The notes beneath the pieces were generated by a model. That model did no database searches. It saw only the letters and a list, made by a program, of their open reading frames with translations, and had not been told where the DNA came from. The position numbers and the translations under genes are program-made. From Squalus acanthias (taxonomy: Eukaryota), in assembly GCA_030390025.1 (NCBI GenBank), contig CM059433.1, positions 10,542,001-10,606,000 on the forward strand: a stretch of 64,000 nucleotides of DNA. The letters run 5' to 3'. This document shows positions 62,757 to 64,000 of the stretch, piece by piece. Each line of letters begins with the position of its first letter. Within the stretch, counting starts at the first letter, position 1.

Positions 62757-63208
62757 TGAATATAGACAGTAGGGAATGACTGTTTTTAGTGCATTAGCAG
62801 TGTTTAAACAGCACAGGAAATATTTTATTAGCAAGGAAATTTGGGCAGAAGTCACTTCCGCCACCTTTGCGCCTTTGAAACGCCGCTCCCGCCAAGAGCC
62901 CTCACGCTTTTTGAGCCTACCCGCGAGCTGCCCCTCGAGACCCACTGACCTCATTTGCAGAGGTCAGAGTGAGAGCCAGTGGCGCAGCAGCGGCGAGTTC
63001 CCTGGGTTTGCACTGCGATTGCACTCTGGATAACAGCGTCTGAGACTGACGAGATGCAGCAGCTGCTAAGATCAGCTGATCAAGGTGCAAGTGAGCAACA
63101 TCGCGACAAAAGCAAAATACTGCGGATGCTGGAAATCTGAAATAAAAACAGAGAATGCTGGAAACACTCAGCAGGTCAGCCAGCATCTGTGGAGAGAGAA
63201 ACAGAGTT

Positions 63209-63237
63209 AACGTTTCAGGTCGATGACCCTTCGTCAG
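63209..63237 (-). ncRNA. Minimal hammerhead ribozyme motif (family 1)
   Basis: CUGACGA-a-ggguc-auc-gaccu-GAAA-cg-UU; stem I aguu/aacu. Confidence 0.72.
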
Positions 63238-63448
63238 AACTGGAAAAAGCTTCGGCCAGTACCATTTACACTTCATCTAGAGCCATCTTTTGTTTCTTAA
63301 CTTGTCCCATTACCATCTCCTTTTGTCTCTTAATCTCTCCTGCCTTCCATCCGATCACAGACCTTCCCTTTTGTTCTTTCCTCCCCTCCCCCCATCCCTG
63401 CCCCTACACTTGCTTAAAAACCTGTTCCATCTCCAACTATTTCTAGTT

Positions 63449-63477
63449 CTGACGAAGGGTCATCGACCTGAAACGTT
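63449..63477 (+). ncRNA. Minimal hammerhead ribozyme motif (family 1)
   Basis: CUGACGA-a-ggguc-auc-gaccu-GAAA-cg-UU; stem I aguu/aacu. Confidence 0.72.
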
Positions 63478-63562
63478 AACTCTGTTTCTCTCTCCACAGA
63501 TGCTGCCTGATCTGCTGAGTGTTTCCAGTATTTTCTGTTTTTATTATAGGAACATAGTTTGT

Positions 63563-64000
63563 GAGACCGGTAAGCCTGACATCGGTAGTGGGGGAAATGC
63601 TAGAGTCCATTATAAAGGATGTAACAGCTGAGCACTTGAAAAACAGTGACAGGATCGGACAAAGTCAACATGGATTTACAAAAGGTAAATCGTGCTTGAC
63701 TAATCTACTGGAATTTTTTGAGGATGTAACTGGGAAAATAGATAAGGGAGAACCAGTAGATGTGGTGTATTTGGACTTTCAAAAGGCTGTCGATAAGGTC
63801 CCGCATAAGAGATTAGTGTGTAAAGTTAAGGCACATGGGATTGGGGGCAAGGTATTGACTTGGATAGAGAACTGGTTGGCGGACAGAAAGCAGAGAGTAG
63901 GAATTAATGGGTCTTTTTCCGAGTGGCAGGCAGTGACTAGTGGGGTACCGCAGGGATCGGTCCTTGGACCCCAGCTATTCACAATATGCATTAATGATCT
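63563..64000 (+). mobile_element. 5'-truncated CR1 LINE RT region (runs off window end)
   Basis: RPVSLTSVVG..QHGFTKGKSCLTNL..YLDFQK..GVPQGSVLGP. Confidence 0.9.

Larger units (their letters stand above)
63106..63546. mobile_element. Penelope-like family 1 element: inverted partial repeat plus forward terminal repeat
   Basis: 63140-63245 is the reverse complement of about 63440-63545; body matches 47150-47460. Confidence 0.8.

Overview
Eukaryotic, repeat-dominated DNA. The repeat content (CR1, L2 and RTE LINEs, Deu-domain tRNA SINEs, Penelope-like elements, PIF/Harbinger) points to a cartilaginous fish, which is an inference. I recognise no host protein-coding exon, so the window looks intronic or intergenic. 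Main content: (1) a decayed two-gene PIF/Harbinger transposon (6082-10938) with a DDE transposase facing a spliced Myb/SANT-like gene. A MITE sits in the last exon of that gene, and a related non-autonomous element is fused tail-to-tail at the transposon's right end. (2) Many Harbinger-type MITEs, several with 3-bp target-site duplications (TSDs). (3) Penelope-like (PLE) fragments from two families carrying nine minimal hammerhead ribozyme motifs, including two near-perfect 103-bp and 130-bp-arm palindromes. (4) A 5'-truncated CR1 with an unbroken 820-aa ORF2 that shares one 12-bp TSD with an upstream hammerhead palindrome, apparently a PLE-CR1 chimeric insertion. Boundaries of decayed repeats are approximate and family names come from motif recognition, not database searches.
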